A DNA stretch of 64,000 nucleotides, from positions 86,809 through 150,808 of the forward strand of contig CAXHJY010001743.1 of assembly GCA_964016885.1 (NCBI GenBank), in the 5' to 3' direction. Origin of the DNA: Eledone cirrhosa (taxonomy: Eukaryota). Made by a program: the position numbers and the translations under genes. Below are positions 37,123 to 51,165 of this stretch, in pieces. Position 1 is the first letter of the stretch; each line of letters starts with the position of its first letter. The notes beneath the pieces are model-generated. The model saw nothing but the letters and a program-made list of their open reading frames with translations. It was not told the DNA's origin and ran no database searches.

Positions 37123-37339
37123 GTCTAGAGTGTGTATTGTGTATACATATTAAATGAAATACCTAAATACACAACGATAGTGCATATTGTAACATATTTT
37201 AATAAGAACACTAAAAGCAATAACAATAATATCAGCAACAACAATAACAAGCATAACAGCTCCAGCAAAAATAACAACAACTACTATAAAAATAACATCA
37301 ACTATAGTAACAACAACAGCAACAACTACAATATATGTT

Positions 37340-37546
37340 TCAACATTTGGCACAAGGCCAGCAATTTGAAGGAGAGGGGTATATTCTATTAAATCAACCC
37401 CAGTGCGTTACTGGTACTTTATTCTATCGTAATGATGAAAGAGAAAGCTAACTTCAACAGGAATTGAACTCAGAATGTAAAGGGACGTAACTATATGCCG
37501 CAAACCTTTTGTCCGACGCTCTACCGATACTGCCAACCCACCACCG
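37340..37546 (-). mobile_element. SINE family A
   Basis: TTGGCACAAGGCCAGCAA...CTGGTACTTTAT...GAACTCAG...CTCTACCGATACTGCCAA. Confidence 0.8.
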
Positions 37547-37625
37547 TAACAATTACAAGAATATTAACAACAAAGAACAACAAAAACAACAAAAGTCGTT
37601 ACAACAACAACTTTAATCATTGGTC

Positions 37626-37820
37626 TATGATAGGTTTGTAGTTGAGTCTGTGGCAGTGAAGAGTCCCGGAGCTCTTCTCCCCCGGACCAGATTCTTGCTC
37701 ACTGTTATCGGGGTGGAGTTAGCTACCCACTAATGTAAGATGAGTGGCTGTTCCTATGCGTCTCCATCGCCATTCTCCAAGACAATGTCGTCTGCATCCA
37801 GCCGGTCGGGACCTAAGAGG
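37626..37820 (+). pseudogene. CRE-like REL LINE C-terminal fragment
   Basis: YDRFVVESVAVKSPGA...LLTVIGVELA...EWLFLCVSIAILQDNV; homologous to 58078-58260. Confidence 0.6.
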
Positions 37821-38299
37821 CACGTGCAGCAGTAGTTTTTAGAGGTGACTTAATATTGTTTCATTTGATGCAGGGCGTTACCGCGCGCTTTAAAGCATTA
37901 ACTGGTCCTTGGTTGTATTTAACAGAGTCCGCCCTATTGTAATCATTCAAAAATAGTTTCTAATTATGAGAATAGGTATTTAACATGTACCGAAACTTGT
38001 GTGCACCATGCCCCATCTCAGCAATAATGAACTACAAAGAGTAAACACATTGGTGTATAGGAGGTGCCAAATGCACAATAATGTGTGTGGAGGAGGTGAG
38101 ACAGGAGTTACGACAGTAATGTGTATTAAAGTTGCCTTGGTGTAAAAGTAATGAGATAAAACCTGAAGTTTTTTCTCATTAACATCATTTTCGAATGACA
38201 CCTCGCTTTAAATTTTTAAATTGCCCCTCTGTGGGGCATGTCTTCAAATCCCCACCCCAACCACCACGTTGGGAATCACTGATATACAGCTACATCTTT

Positions 38300-38590
38300 T
38301 AGGCCTTCGGCAGTTCCGGCGACGATTGTTCCAGTAGATTCAGACAACAAATTAACCTACATGTGAAATTAAGGTGCAAAATGGCTGTGCATAAAATGGA
38401 CATCTGTACCCTTAAACTAATTCTCAGGGAGATTCAGTGTGACATATTGTGTGATATGGTTGTCTCTTTGAATTACATGTACAACTCATTTTTGTTTCAG
38501 CTGAGTGGACTGGTGCAACGTGAATAGTGTTTTTTTCAAGTTCGGGATCGAACTCAGGATCTTATGATCCATTCAACCACGTGCCTCCAC
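38300..38590 (-). mobile_element. Degraded SINE family B
   Basis: GCTGAGTGGACTGGTGCAACGTGAATAGTG...GGGATCGAACTC...AACCACGTGCCTCC. Confidence 0.6.
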
Positions 38591-38936
38591 AGCACCTACA
38601 TACAACTATAGTAATACACAAATTATTGTGGAGTTGTTTCTCCTTTTCATCTCTTTGAAATTATTACAACTTAATTAAGATACCACAGCGAGATATATAC
38701 GTTTATTATACATAAACATATCCTATATATTCCCATATAAGTCTATAGCATGAATCACGCTATGTTAATTGCTACTTAATTTTTATAGTAATATACAAAT
38801 TGTTGTTTCTTTCTCCTTTTCCTGGCCACTCTCCAGTGACGGAGATGCTAGTAGGGGGTCAGGATTATTACCCTTTCTCCCCAATTAAACCATTAAACCG
38901 AAGAAGTGTCCGCTTTAAGAACCTATTATTTCAAGA

Positions 38937-39130
38937 GAAGGGTGGTGGATTGGCAGTATTGGTAGAGGGTCGGACGCCATGCTTTCCAACACAGAGTTAC
39001 GTCCCTTTACGGACTGAGTTCAAATCCCGCCGAGTTTAACTTTGCCTTTCATCCTTACAGGGTCGATAAAATAAAGTACCAGTAATGCACTGGGGAATTG
39101 CTGGCCTTGTGCCAAAAGTAGAAACAATTA
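38937..39130 (+). mobile_element. Full-length SINE family A with target-site duplication TTATTTCAAGA
   Basis: Near-identical to 27315-27505; TTATTTCAAGA occurs on both sides. Confidence 0.9.
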
Positions 39131-39682
39131 TTTCAAGACAATGTCAGATAACTTATTAGAATTCTCTGTATTTTACTAAATAGCCACTAAGTTCTCTTAT
39201 TACAGCACACATACACACATACACGCGCACACACACCCGCATCCACACACACACACACATATATATATACATACATAAAAGCACACACTCATATCTATGT
39301 TTTTATAATCACACACATATACACATATGTACGTATGTACAGTCATATACAATACACACGGAAACCATATAAATATATATATATATACATATACACATAC
39401 ACTTCGTTTTCCCCCCTACACACACATATATAGACCTCATATTCCCTCCTACACACACACACGCACACACACACACATACACACACATACATACAGACAC
39501 ACACAGACACAGCAGACCAGTTTCAGATGACACGATTTCGTTTAATCTATGAGCTATGAATTATCCTCTCAAACAACCAACATGTCTACCATATGTTCTG
39601 TAGGAGGTTAAGCTGCATAATTCAGCCAATACACTATGTATGGTGTAAGACATATACTGGTCACTCATAAGGTCAAGTTAGT

Positions 39683-39699
39683 TCTCTCTCTCTCTCACA

Positions 39700-39744
<45 letters not shown>

Positions 39745-39907
39745 TCTCTCTCTTTCGCCTTTCTCTCTTTCCCTCTCTCCCTCTCTCCCTTCCTCTCTCT
39801 CCCTCTCTCTACCTATCTCTCTCGCCCTCTCTCTCCCTCCCTCTCTCGGTCTCCTTCCCTCTCCCCCTCTCTTTCACTCTCTCCCTATCTCGCACCCCCC
39901 CTCTCCC

Positions 39908-40001
<94 letters not shown>

Positions 40002-40012
40002 TCTCTCTCTCA
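39683..40012. repeat. (TC)n / pyrimidine-rich tract
   Basis: Read directly. Confidence 0.9.
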
Positions 40013-40377
40013 GTCCCTCCCCCTACACACACACAGAGCATATAGTATAAGTGGTGGCGAAATTTGAACACGAAGCCTTTGAAAAAAGAAAATAAAAAGA
40101 AAGCCAGCCACGCCGTTATATTTATATAAACTGAAGGTGATAATCACTGTAAATGTTGAAACATATATCAGTATTTAACGTTGTTTTAGCCTACTTAACT
40201 GGCGATGGTTGTAAAAATATTCCTTTAAAATATGTCAAGAGTCGATAAAGCTACTTAAACGGATTCGATGACTCTTAAACAGAACATTAGGTCATAATTT
40301 CCTCCCAACTAATTTTCGCCAATAAGCGAACGAAATAGGAATAGCGTGTTAGCACGTAAAACAATAATAATAAATAA

Positions 40378-40563
40378 AATAATTGTTTCTACTTTTGGCC
40401 CAAGGCCAACATACCCAGTGCATTACTGGTACTTTATTTTATCTACCCCGAAAGGATGAAAGGCAAAGTTAACCTCGGCGGGATTTGAACTCAGAATGGC
40501 AAGGACCGTAACTCTATGCGTCAAAGCAAGGCGTCCGACCCTCTACCGATAGTGCCAATCCAC
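40378..40563 (-). mobile_element. SINE family A
   Basis: Reverse complement of the 27315 copy. Confidence 0.85.
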
Positions 40564-40579
40564 AAAATAATGACGATAA

Positions 40580-41045
40580 TATGATGATGATGGTGGTGGT
40601 GGTTGTCAGTGGTGGGGGTGGGGGTCGTCGTGGTGGTAGTGGTGGTGGTGGTGGTGGTTGTGGTGGTGGTGGTTGCGGTGGTGGTGATGGTCGTGGTGGT
40701 GGTCGTGGTGGTGGTGGTCGCGGTCGTGGTCGTGTTCGTGGTGGTGGTCGTGGTGGTTGTGGTGGTGGTCGTAGTGGTCGTGGTCGTGGTGGTCGTGGTC
40801 GTGGTCGTGGTGGTGGTCGTGGTGGTGGATGTGGTTGTGGTGGTGGTCGTCGTCGTCGTGGTCGTCGTCGTGGTGGTGGTCATTGTCGGCGTGGTCACGG
40901 CGATCGTGGCGGTGGTGGTGGTGGTTTTCGTAGTCGTGTTTGTGGTGGTGGTGGTGGTCGGTGTTGGTCGTGGTAGTCGTGGTGGTCATGGTTTTGATGA
41001 TCGTCGTCATGTTTGTGGTGGTTGTGGTGGTGGTTGTGATGGTTG
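40580..41045. repeat. Degenerate (GGT/CGT)n tract
   Basis: Read directly. Confidence 0.9.
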
Positions 41046-41906
41046 CAGACGCTTACTTTAATAATCAGATATTTGTTTAGTTGTTGATTGACACCAAGGC
41101 TCCTTCGTCACACGTTCTGTGACATCTTCAGTGATTAGTTTTGTTGTTATTTTGTGTTTCTCCTTTTTTCAGTCTTACAACATCTTGTTAATACACAACG
41201 TTCTTGATAGAGCATACGATGCACGGAGGAACAGTGAGGGAATAGGAACACGACATAAATATGTGAGATGAACCGTAGCGTAGGAGAAAGGATAAAAGAA
41301 CACTGGTGAGAACTCCAAGACGAGAAAAACTCATCAGTACTCCAGCAACATGCCAGAATGGAAGATGGAGGATCCCTAGGGAACAACGAGATAAAAATTA
41401 TATACACACACAGAACAAACACAATGGTTCGACAGATTACTGAAGTGACACACATAAACAAACTCTGGCCAAAACTAAATAGAAAGCACGAGTGGAATAA
41501 CAACAACCTCACAACTAAGGACTATATAAAGATAAATAGAGACATACAAGAACTAAAATAAACTAAAATAAACCAGATACACAGATAGAACAAGCAGCCC
41601 CCTAGTGACTAGAATATATATTAAGTAAATGAGCGATACGTTTTTTTTTAAAGCCGGTACAATGCCGTAGAAAATGCGATAGCCAAATGATGTTAAATGA
41701 AAGAAAACAATACTGTGCTTTGTTTCGTTCCCTCAGAGGCAATCCGCCATGCAATTACCTCGGAGTCAAACACAAAAAACCCCACGTATTTTTAATTTTC
41801 GTTTCTTCTTTCTCTGTTTCTTTGTAACTATTATGCAATTATACACCTGATGATGTCACCGGATTCATACGTAATCTGGCCAGTGATGTGTGCATAGGGT
41901 TTGCAG

Positions 41907-41974
<68 letters not shown>

Positions 41975-42857
41975 CACACACAGAGTTAACCTGAGAAGAC
42001 TTTGCATTTCTGCATCTCTGTGTTCGACTTGTTTATTCTTAAATCCTTTATATATATATGTGTGTGTGTGATGTGTGTGTGTGTGTGTCTGTGTGTGTGT
42101 GTGTCTGTTTGTCTGTGTGTGTCTGTGTGTGTCTGTATGTGCGTCTGTGTGTGTGTCTGTGTGTGTGTGTGTGGCATAGAGGGAACAGTGACTGCAGAAA
42201 TGAGTATGCTGACATATGAACAGACCAATTATACTTATTTTACTGTTAATTTATATTGATAGATATCTTGAATAGAATTTCGACTCTTTTGGGAATTCTC
42301 ATAAAAAAATATGTATATGAGCTAAACAGCCGCAATGAAATACGTAATTATTGTGTATATATCACAACCAGCTCACCACAGCAAGTATGAAACCTGCGCT
42401 TAACTATATGTTATTCGTGCAGAAGACACTGTTGGTAGATTTTCCGATTTCGTTTCCTCCTATATTACCAGTAGGGTATAATAACGACCTGTCAACTCTC
42501 CCCGTCGGACGAGGAGATCTCTCACCCACTTTGGGTGGGTGAGAGATGTCTTCTCTTATGAAAACGGGTATATAGCTTTCATTGTCTAAAATCTCCCCAT
42601 TTTGCCTAATTTCTCCCTGTTTTGGGGACACTTTCTTTCATGGTACTCCACGTTTAGGCTTTTAGAGGTTGCAAGGTCCAACAATATCACCCCCGGAGTG
42701 TTGGATTTCTCGATAATGGCGGCGGACGACATAATGGCAAAGACATAGATTAGGAATGAAATCTACGTAAGTCTTCATCCTAAAATAAACTTAGGATTAA
42801 TTGTACGTCCAGTATCATATATATGGATGTATATATGTATGTATATATGTATGTATG

Positions 42858-43141
42858 TTTTCTCTTTCTCTTAATTTCGAGTATATTTTTTTGACCGGCC
42901 ACCTTCCTGGTGGCAAGGTTGTAAAAGAAAAGAAATTGTCATCCCTTGAATCGCAAGAATGTTTTGCATATTTTGAAGGTGCCAGCTATCGCAGCCATTT
43001 GTAGACTATGAATTAGGGAGCTGCGCTTTTTGTCCGCAAATCCAAGTTCGGTCATACTTTGGTCCAAGCGGGTTGGTATATAACCCGTAGCACCAATAAT
43101 GATGGGTATGAAGCTAAAGGTGTATCTTGGATACTGGATTT
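42858..43141 (-). mobile_element. 3' fragment of a second REL-type LINE family embedded in (TACA)n
   Basis: YPRYTFSFIPIIIGATGYIP...LQMAAIAGTFKICKTFLRFKG* parallels PIVIGALGTI...LQKACLLGTARTLRYVLNI* of the Dong ORF; ~80-nt 3'UTR, then (ACAT)n. Confidence 0.78.
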
Positions 43142-43150
43142 GTATGTATG

Positions 43151-43184
<34 letters not shown>

Positions 43185-43910
43185 TGTATGTATGTATGTA
43201 TGTATGTATGTATGTATGTATGTATGTATGTATGTATGTATGTATGTTTGTATGTTTGTATGTATGTATATATGTATGTATGTTTGTATGTTTGTATGTA
43301 TGTATGTATGTTTGTATGTGTGTATGTATGTATATATGTATGTATATGTGTATATATGTATGTTTGTATGTTTGTATGTTTGTATGTATGTATGTATGTT
43401 TGTATGTTTGTATGTATGTATGTATGTATGTATGTATGTATGTATGTATGTGTGTTTGTATGTATGTATGTATGTTTGTATGTTTGTATGTTTGTATGTT
43501 TGTATGTTTGCATGTATGTATGTTTGTATGTATGTATATATGTATGTAAGTTTGTATGTTTGTATGTATGTATGTAAGTTTGTATTTTTGTATGTATGTA
43601 TGTATGTTTTTATGTTTGTATGTTTATATGTATGTATGTTTGTATGTATGTATGTTTGTATGTATGTATATATGTATGTAAGTTTGTATGTTTGTATGTA
43701 TGTATGTAAGTTTGTATGTTTGTATGTATGTATGTATGTATGTTTGTATGTATGTATGTATGTATGTTTGTATGTATGTATGTAAGTTTGTATGTTTGTA
43801 TGTATGTATGTAAGTTTGTATGTTTGTATGTATGTATGTATGTAAGTTTGTATGTATGTATGTATGTATGTATGTATGTATGTATGTATGTTTGTATGTA
43901 TGTATGTACA
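43141..43910. repeat. (TATG)n microsatellite with TTTG/TAAG variants
   Basis: Read directly. Confidence 0.95.
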
Positions 43911-44304
43911 TGTATACATACAGGCTTGCTGCTGAATCTCTACCTCATTTATACATAATATATATATATATATACTTACACGTGTATATATATATATGTG
44001 TGTATGTTTATATATATGTATGCATATTTGCATATACATATATACACATGTGTATGTGGTGTGTGTTTGGTGCGTGTGTGTACGTATCTGTTTGTGTATC
44101 TGTGTGTATGTGCGTGCGTGTGGATGTTGCAAAGGCTCAACAACCAAAACAATAAATTTAGCAATTAGGGTTTTGTAATGCAAGATCTTAGTCTGTGAAA
44201 TAGCTTCCATTTTTCATATTTCTGTCATTATCGAACGATCCAACAAAACTTGTTTCAGAACAGAGCGAAAGTTATTGACGAGACGAAACTTGTTCGTGTC
44301 TCCC

Positions 44305-44348
<44 letters not shown>

Positions 44349-45168
44349 ATTTGCCCCCACCCTCCGCTGATGAGTATTAAAAAAAAATCAAAACAGATAT
44401 TAATTTAGTTTTAATAGGCTGAAAGCAGACAAAAGGATGATAATGTATTTCACTCTAAGCAGAGGTCTGGCACCGTCATATCTTTAATAAACTATCATCC
44501 GTTGGCATTTTACCAAATATTCTTCACTTGGCTACCAACAGTTTTTTCTTTTCTTTTTCTCTGCTTTAAATGATACAATGGACAAAGGCATTGCTATGTA
44601 GTTAAGAAATTATATTCGTAACCAGAATGTTCCATGTTCGTTCCCACTGCACTGCAGGTTGATACAGATGACTCGGGTGGACCAATACTCTTAGAGTGTC
44701 GGTAGAATTTGGTAGACAGAAGCTGTTGAAATCTACCATATATAAATAAATAAGGTACAAAAAGTTTTGACCTTTGCAAACCTGGAATTTCTCCTGTGCA
44801 TTCACAGGATCGTCAGACAAGTCGGTTTAGTATGACGTTCCTGTGTATACACAAGAACAATTCTAGGATAACAAGACAAGCTTGGCTTTAATAAAGAATA
44901 TATCAATTTCTATTATGGTATTGAATACAGACATATACATACGTGCTTTTTCTCAAAATAATAAAATTCTGTTTCTTCCCCATCTCACTCTCCTCTATTT
45001 TTCTCTTTCTTCTTTTATTTTTCATTCTATTTTCTGATCAAGAACTAACATCTTAAAAGTTAAGACTCTTTTCCCACTATAACAAGCGTTAAACTAATAT
45101 ATTTTTTCATTGTACTTTATTGTTTGTTTTGTTGTTTTACGTTTACTTTTCGCACATATCCCCAAACA

Positions 45169-45224
<56 letters not shown>

Positions 45225-45380
45225 ATATATATATATATCATAAAACATGTCTATAGAATCACCAGATAAAATATATACCATTTCCTCTCCCAATTAGCAT
45301 AATTAACTATATAAAAAATCGAATAGACCAGGCTATAAGAATAAGGCTTCCATGAAGAAATCTCCAACAAATAACCGAAA

Positions 45381-45648
<268 letters not shown>

Positions 45649-46854
45649 TATATTCAGGGTTTGTGTTGGGGGAGAGGTATACAATACGTGTCTCCGTAGT
45701 TTCCGTCAATCAAATTAAACCTACACTACGTTTTGAATTTGAACCCGATTCTTCTCATTCCAAATTAGCTGATCCTTTTATCGGATTCATTCATTATATC
45801 TAAGACTTTCAGCAGCTCAATGTTGAATACCTATGTGATCCAAGTACCAGTGAATCCTTCGTCATCATGGAGAGGAGTAAATTACTTTTCGAGGATGCTA
45901 AACGCCTACAGTTTCGGTTCATTTCTATATTTTCGAACTCATTTTTTTTTACTCTTAGTTTGCGCCACTCTGCTTCAGCCTCCGTTCGTGCCACGTTATT
46001 TCAAGTTTGATGAGATAATACTACTTTGAGGGGATATTCGCTGCCCATGTCATCGATCCTGTCTGTCACTGAAGGCCGGACAATTGATCCTGTCATCCCC
46101 GGAACCTCAACTTTGCTTGGTGCCTTGAAAACATCACCTATTTTTATTGTTGTTGTTTCTACGTCGGCTGTTATTCATTACTTTAATTCTTCGTTCACTC
46201 TTCCAGTTCCTCAGTTCAGAAATCCCTAAAGTGTTTGTCACAGCCATGTGTAACCACTTCGCTTTCTGTCATATTACCACTTTAATGGCTTTTTTCTACA
46301 TTCACGATGAGAGCTGGTCTTCATATGTAATCATGTTTTGCACACACATGCCGGCCCACATCACGTTTCCTTTTTAGCCACCTCGTTGTTCGCAATCTGA
46401 CCTTAATACGCAATTGTTATTACGAGCCAAGCGTTAGTCCCCAAACCCATGTCTCTGGTTATGACCTTTCATTTTAACCACCACAGTGGCATATGCTTGT
46501 GACGACGGTTGGTGTGGTAGACCAAGATAGCGACCAGTTCAGTCCCCTTGTCTTCGCTCTAGAAAACGACGCACATTATTCAATATGTCCTACCCTACTC
46601 TATAGAAGAGCCACTGCCTCGAATGCCGGCTAGGGTTGCTTTCAATTGTTCTCTTGTGGGCACATAGAAGACGCCCCCATCTAGGCAAGACAATTGTATG
46701 TTAATCTCTTACTTGCCAATCTATCATTATATTTCGAAAGCAAAGAGCCACAGTCCCTCATAAGATACCTCTCCTGTGAACATTGCTTTTCCGTGCGTCG
46801 ACTAAAATCGAGAAGTTTCTTTTGGCTAAACACAATAACGAAACTTTTGCTATC

Positions 46855-47010
46855 ATTCATGCTTTCCAGCATAGTTACGTCCCTTTACGGTCTGAGTTCA
46901 AATTCCGTCGAGGTTAACTTTGCCTTTCATCCTTACGGGGTCGATAAAATAAAGTACCAGTAATGCACTGGGTAATTGCTGGCCTTGTACCAAATGTAGA
47001 AACAATTATT
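46855..47010 (+). mobile_element. 5'-truncated SINE family A
   Basis: CATGCTTTCCAGCATAGTTACGTCCC...GAAACAATTATT. Confidence 0.85.
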
Positions 47011-47567
47011 ACCCTTTTCCACAACATTTGCGTTATAATTATCCTAGACTCTGGTGCGTATAGAAATGTCTATATTTTATGTATATTTTGTTAAAATATG
47101 TTTGTTTTGTACTGTGATGATAGTATAAATGCTTAAAGTTGTATATAGCTATCTTAGTACCACAATATCTTTGGTCACCTATTCTAGCTCCCTCGGAGGT
47201 AGAAAAGACCTTTACAAGATATGAAATATTGAAATGTCAGTGTATTTGAGCAAGTGTGAAATGGAGTCTCCCATTGGATTTCTGTTTGCCTTTTGCACAC
47301 ACACACACATACACACGCGTCTATGTGTGTGTATGTGTGGGGTGGATGGGTGGGTGCAAAAGGCAAACAGACATAACAAAGGAAACCACCCAGTACAATG
47401 AAGAAATAAATTATTAGTTTTATACTTGATATAGAGTTTTCATCAGAAGAAAGAATGAGAAATTAAAGAATAACTAGAAAGTTTGAGGAGGCGGGCAAGG
47501 CGGAAACAGAGAAAAAATAACAGGTACATTGATGTCACAATCTCTTGGGAATATATTTATATATATA

Positions 47568-50023
47568 TAATATATTTAGCTCTGGACATAGCTATCCACC
47601 AGTTAATTTTATTGCTCATTTTTTGTCGATTCTATTGAGTGATGAATAGCTTTTGTTTTATTTTAACATGTCTATTGAGCACTCTAATTCGATATGTGTA
47701 TTTCCACATTCACTCGAATTGTTTTCGCGGATATAGGGGTCATCTCCCTTGTCTAATGCCATGTGCGTTTTTCACCGCTAGTTGACTCCTCTGCCGCCAG
47801 GAAAAAACTCGTTGACAACGTAAACTCCGTTCCACTTATTCTAGTAGGCTTTTATATTTATATGTGAGCTGATAGAGTACAGTCTAAGGATTTACAGAAA
47901 CCCATGAAGCTAGATTTAACACCTTTCTAGTGGGTCCGGGTATGATTTTACATTCATTTAAATTATTGACGTATTGTTTTATTGATATTTTTTATCTGTT
48001 TGGCCCGAATCTTCCTTTATCGATTTTAAATCGTATGGTTGATTGTAGACTTGTTCTATATGTGACGGTATTTTAACGATAGTTATAGCTCTGATTCATC
48101 TGAATTATTGAGCCCTCTGCCGCTCATATCGAATTTCGTTTTTCGTGAACTCGTGCGCCGATTTTTCGATACTCGATCTTTCTAATATATTTAGCTCTGG
48201 ACATAGCTATCCACCAGTTAATTTTATTGCTCATTTTTTGTCGATTCTATTGAGTGATGAATAGCTTTTGTTTTATTTTAACATGTCTATTGAGCACTCT
48301 AATTCGATATGTGTATTTCCACATTCACTCGAATTGTTTTCGCGGATATAGGGGTCATCTCCCTTGTCTAATGCCATGTGCGTTTTTCACCGCTAGTTGA
48401 CTCCTCTGCCGCCAGGAAAAAACTCGTTGACAACGTAAACTCCGTTCCACTTATTCTAGTAGGCTTTTATATTTATATGTGAGCTGATAGAGTACAGTCT
48501 AAGGATTTACAGAAACCCATGAAGCTAGATTTAACACCTTTCTAGTGGGTCCGGGTATGATTTTACATTCATTTAAATTATTGACGTATTGTTTTATTGA
48601 TATTTTTTATCTGTTTGGCCCGAATCTTCCTTTATCGATTTTAAATCGTATGGTTGATTGTAGACTTGTTCTATATGTGACGGTATTTTAACGATAGTTA
48701 TAGCTCTGATTCATCTGAATTATTGAGCCCTCTGCCGCTCATATCGAATTTCGTTTTTCGTGAACTCGTGCGCCGATTTTTCGATACTCGATCTTTCTAA
48801 TATATTTAGCTCTGGACATAGCTATCCACCAGTTAATTTTATTGCTCATTTTTTGTCGATTCTATTGAGTGATGAATAGCTTTTGTTTTATTTTAACATG
48901 TCTATTGAGCACTCTAATTCGATATGTGTATTTCCACATTCACTCGAATTGTTTTCGCGGATATAGGGGTCATCTCCCTTGTCTAATGCCATGTGCGTTT
49001 TTCACCGCTAGTTGACTCCTCTGCCGCCAGGAAAAAACTCGTTGACAACGTAAACTCCGTTCCACTTATTCTAGTAGGCTTTTATATTTATATGTGAGCT
49101 GATAGAGTACAGTCTAAGGATTTACAGAAACCCATGAAGCTAGATTTAACACCTTTCTAGTGGGTCCGGGTATGATTTTACATTCATTTAAATTATTGAC
49201 GTATTGTTTTATTGATATTTTTTATCTGTTTGGCCCGAATCTTCCTTTATCGATTTTAAATCGTATGGTTGATTGTAGACTTGTTCTATATGTGACGGTA
49301 TTTTAACGATAGTTATAGCTCTGATTCATCTGAATTATTGAGCCCTCTGCCGCTCATATCGAATTTCGTTTTTCGTGAACTCGTGCGCCGATTTTTCGAT
49401 ACTCGATCTTTCTAATATATTTAGCTCTGGACATAGCTATCCACCAGTTAATTTTATTGCTCATTTTTTGTCGATTCTATTGAGTGATGAATAGCTTTTG
49501 TTTTATTTTAACATGTCTATTGAGCACTCTAATTCGATATGTGTATTTCCACATTCACTCGAATTGTTTTCGCGGATATAGGGGTCATCTCCCTTGTCTA
49601 ATGCCATGTGCGTTTTTCACCGCTAGTTGACTCCTCTGCCGCCAGGAAAAAACTCGTTGACAACGTAAACTCCGTTCCACTTATTCTAGTAGGCTTTTAT
49701 ATTTATATGTGAGCTGATAGAGTACAGTCTAAGGATTTACAGAAACCCATGAAGCTAGATTTAACACCTTTCTAGTGGGTCCGGGTATGATTTTACATTC
49801 ATTTAAATTATTGACGTATTGTTTTATTGATATTTTTTATCTGTTTGGCCCGAATCTTCCTTTATCGATTTTAAATCGTATGGTTGATTGTAGACTTGTT
49901 CTATATGTGACGGTATTTTAACGATAGTTATAGCTCTGATTCATCTGAATTATTGAGCCCTCTGCCGCTCATATCGAATTTCGTTTTTCGTGAACTCGTG
50001 CGCCGATTTTTCGATACTCGATC

Positions 50024-50027
<4 letters not shown>
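47568..50027. repeat. Exactly four head-to-tail copies of a 615-bp non-coding unit between TA-rich flanks
   Basis: TAATATATTTAGCTCTGGAC starts at 47568, 48183, 48798 and 49413; the array ends at ...GATCTTTC|TAATATATA. The copies look identical by eye. Confidence 0.97.
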
Positions 50028-50100
<73 letters not shown>

Positions 50101-50142
50101 AGTGTGTGTGTGTCCTTGGTCTTTGTGTCAATTTTGTGTATA

Positions 50143-50302
50143 TAATTGTTTGGCACAAGGCCAGCAATTATCCCAGTGCATTACTGGTACTTTATTTTAT
50201 CGACCACTTAAGGATGAAAGGCAAAGTTAACCTCGGTGGTAAAGGCCCGTAACTCCATGCTGAAAAGCATGGCGTCCGACCTTCTAACGATACTGCCAAT
50301 CC
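50143..50302 (-). mobile_element. SINE family A (internally deleted)
   Basis: TAATTGTTTGGCACAAGGCCAGC...GATACTGCCAATCC. Confidence 0.8.
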
Positions 50303-50731
50303 GAAATCCCTTTAGCTATGAATTTCGGAAGCTGACTGCTAGCGCAATCTAACGGATTCCAGCAGAAGCAGTAGAGGATAACTGTCGACGCGTTTCTCGC
50401 TTATCGCCGTTATCAAGATAGTACTTATATGTATACAACTATGCCGGAGCGACAACAACGGTAATAACAGCAGCAACAACAACAATGATAACAACAATAA
50501 CAACAACGATGAAAGCAACAACAACAGCAACAACAATCATAAAAGTTTCTACTTTAGACACAAGGGATGCAATTTTTTAGGTAGGAGTGTTTGAGTAACT
50601 CAATTAAAACTTCCTCGGTACTTGGCATATAGTTTACTTTAAAGACCTCTGAATGGTTGGAAGGATTTCAACTCAGAACATAGAGTCGTAGCAATATACC
50701 ACAAAAAGGTATTTTGTTCGACTGTGTAGTG

Positions 50732-50870
50732 CAGTCATGGGCAAACTGTTTGGCTTTCTGAATGGTACACCTAAATTTAAAATTGCCTCAGATATTTTAA
50801 TTGTGCGGCCCGCCTTATGATGAACTACATCATGCGCGGCCCACTGCTCGAAAAAGGTTGGCCATGTCTA
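50732..50870. mobile_element. Short hAT-like MITE
   Basis: Imperfect TIRs CAGTCATGGGCAAACT / AGGTTGGCCATGTCTA and two internal GCGGCCC motifs typical of hAT MITEs. Confidence 0.55.
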
Positions 50871-50889
50871 GTACGTTAAGAGAATTAAA

Positions 50890-51165
50890 GCCTGTCCCAA
50901 GCGTGGAAGCTCACCATGCGGGTGCTTATCCTCGTTTCCGTGGAGTTAAACGACTGAGAGTACGAGATTTATCCCTGGACATGCTGCTTGTCTATCGCAG
51001 GGTTAAATCCCAACTATTGCTGACACTAATTTTCAATTGAATATACTGGAGCAACAGGAATTGAAGTGTTTTGTTAAAGAACACAACACACAAACCAGTC
51101 TAGGAATCGAACCCAAGAAATTATGATTGTAAATCCAACGGCCCTAACCATTAAGCCTTGTGCCT
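50890..51165 (-). mobile_element. SINE family B
   Basis: CTGGAGCAACAGGAATTGAAGTGTTTTG...GGAATCGAACCC...CCTAACCATTAAGCC. Confidence 0.65.

Noticed and set aside
36796-38281. hAT-like TIR pair CAATGATTCTCAA / TTGGGAATCACTG enclosing 1.5 kb
   Set aside because: No matching 8-bp TSD and the interior is filled with unrelated SINE/LINE pieces; the two ends may belong to different elements.
41290-41640. Possible decayed REL LINE tail
   Set aside because: Only faint similarity (IEQAAP-like end) and no clear motif.
41845-41890. CTGATGA followed by a hairpin as a hammerhead
   Set aside because: No GAAA or stem III downstream.
42939-44210. 423-aa minus-strand ORF as a gene
   Set aside because: It is mostly (TACA)n translation; only the last ~65 aa are LINE-derived.
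45790-46850. Unique-looking region with several short ORFs
   Set aside because: No recognisable protein motif or splice pattern; probably an unidentifiable old repeat.
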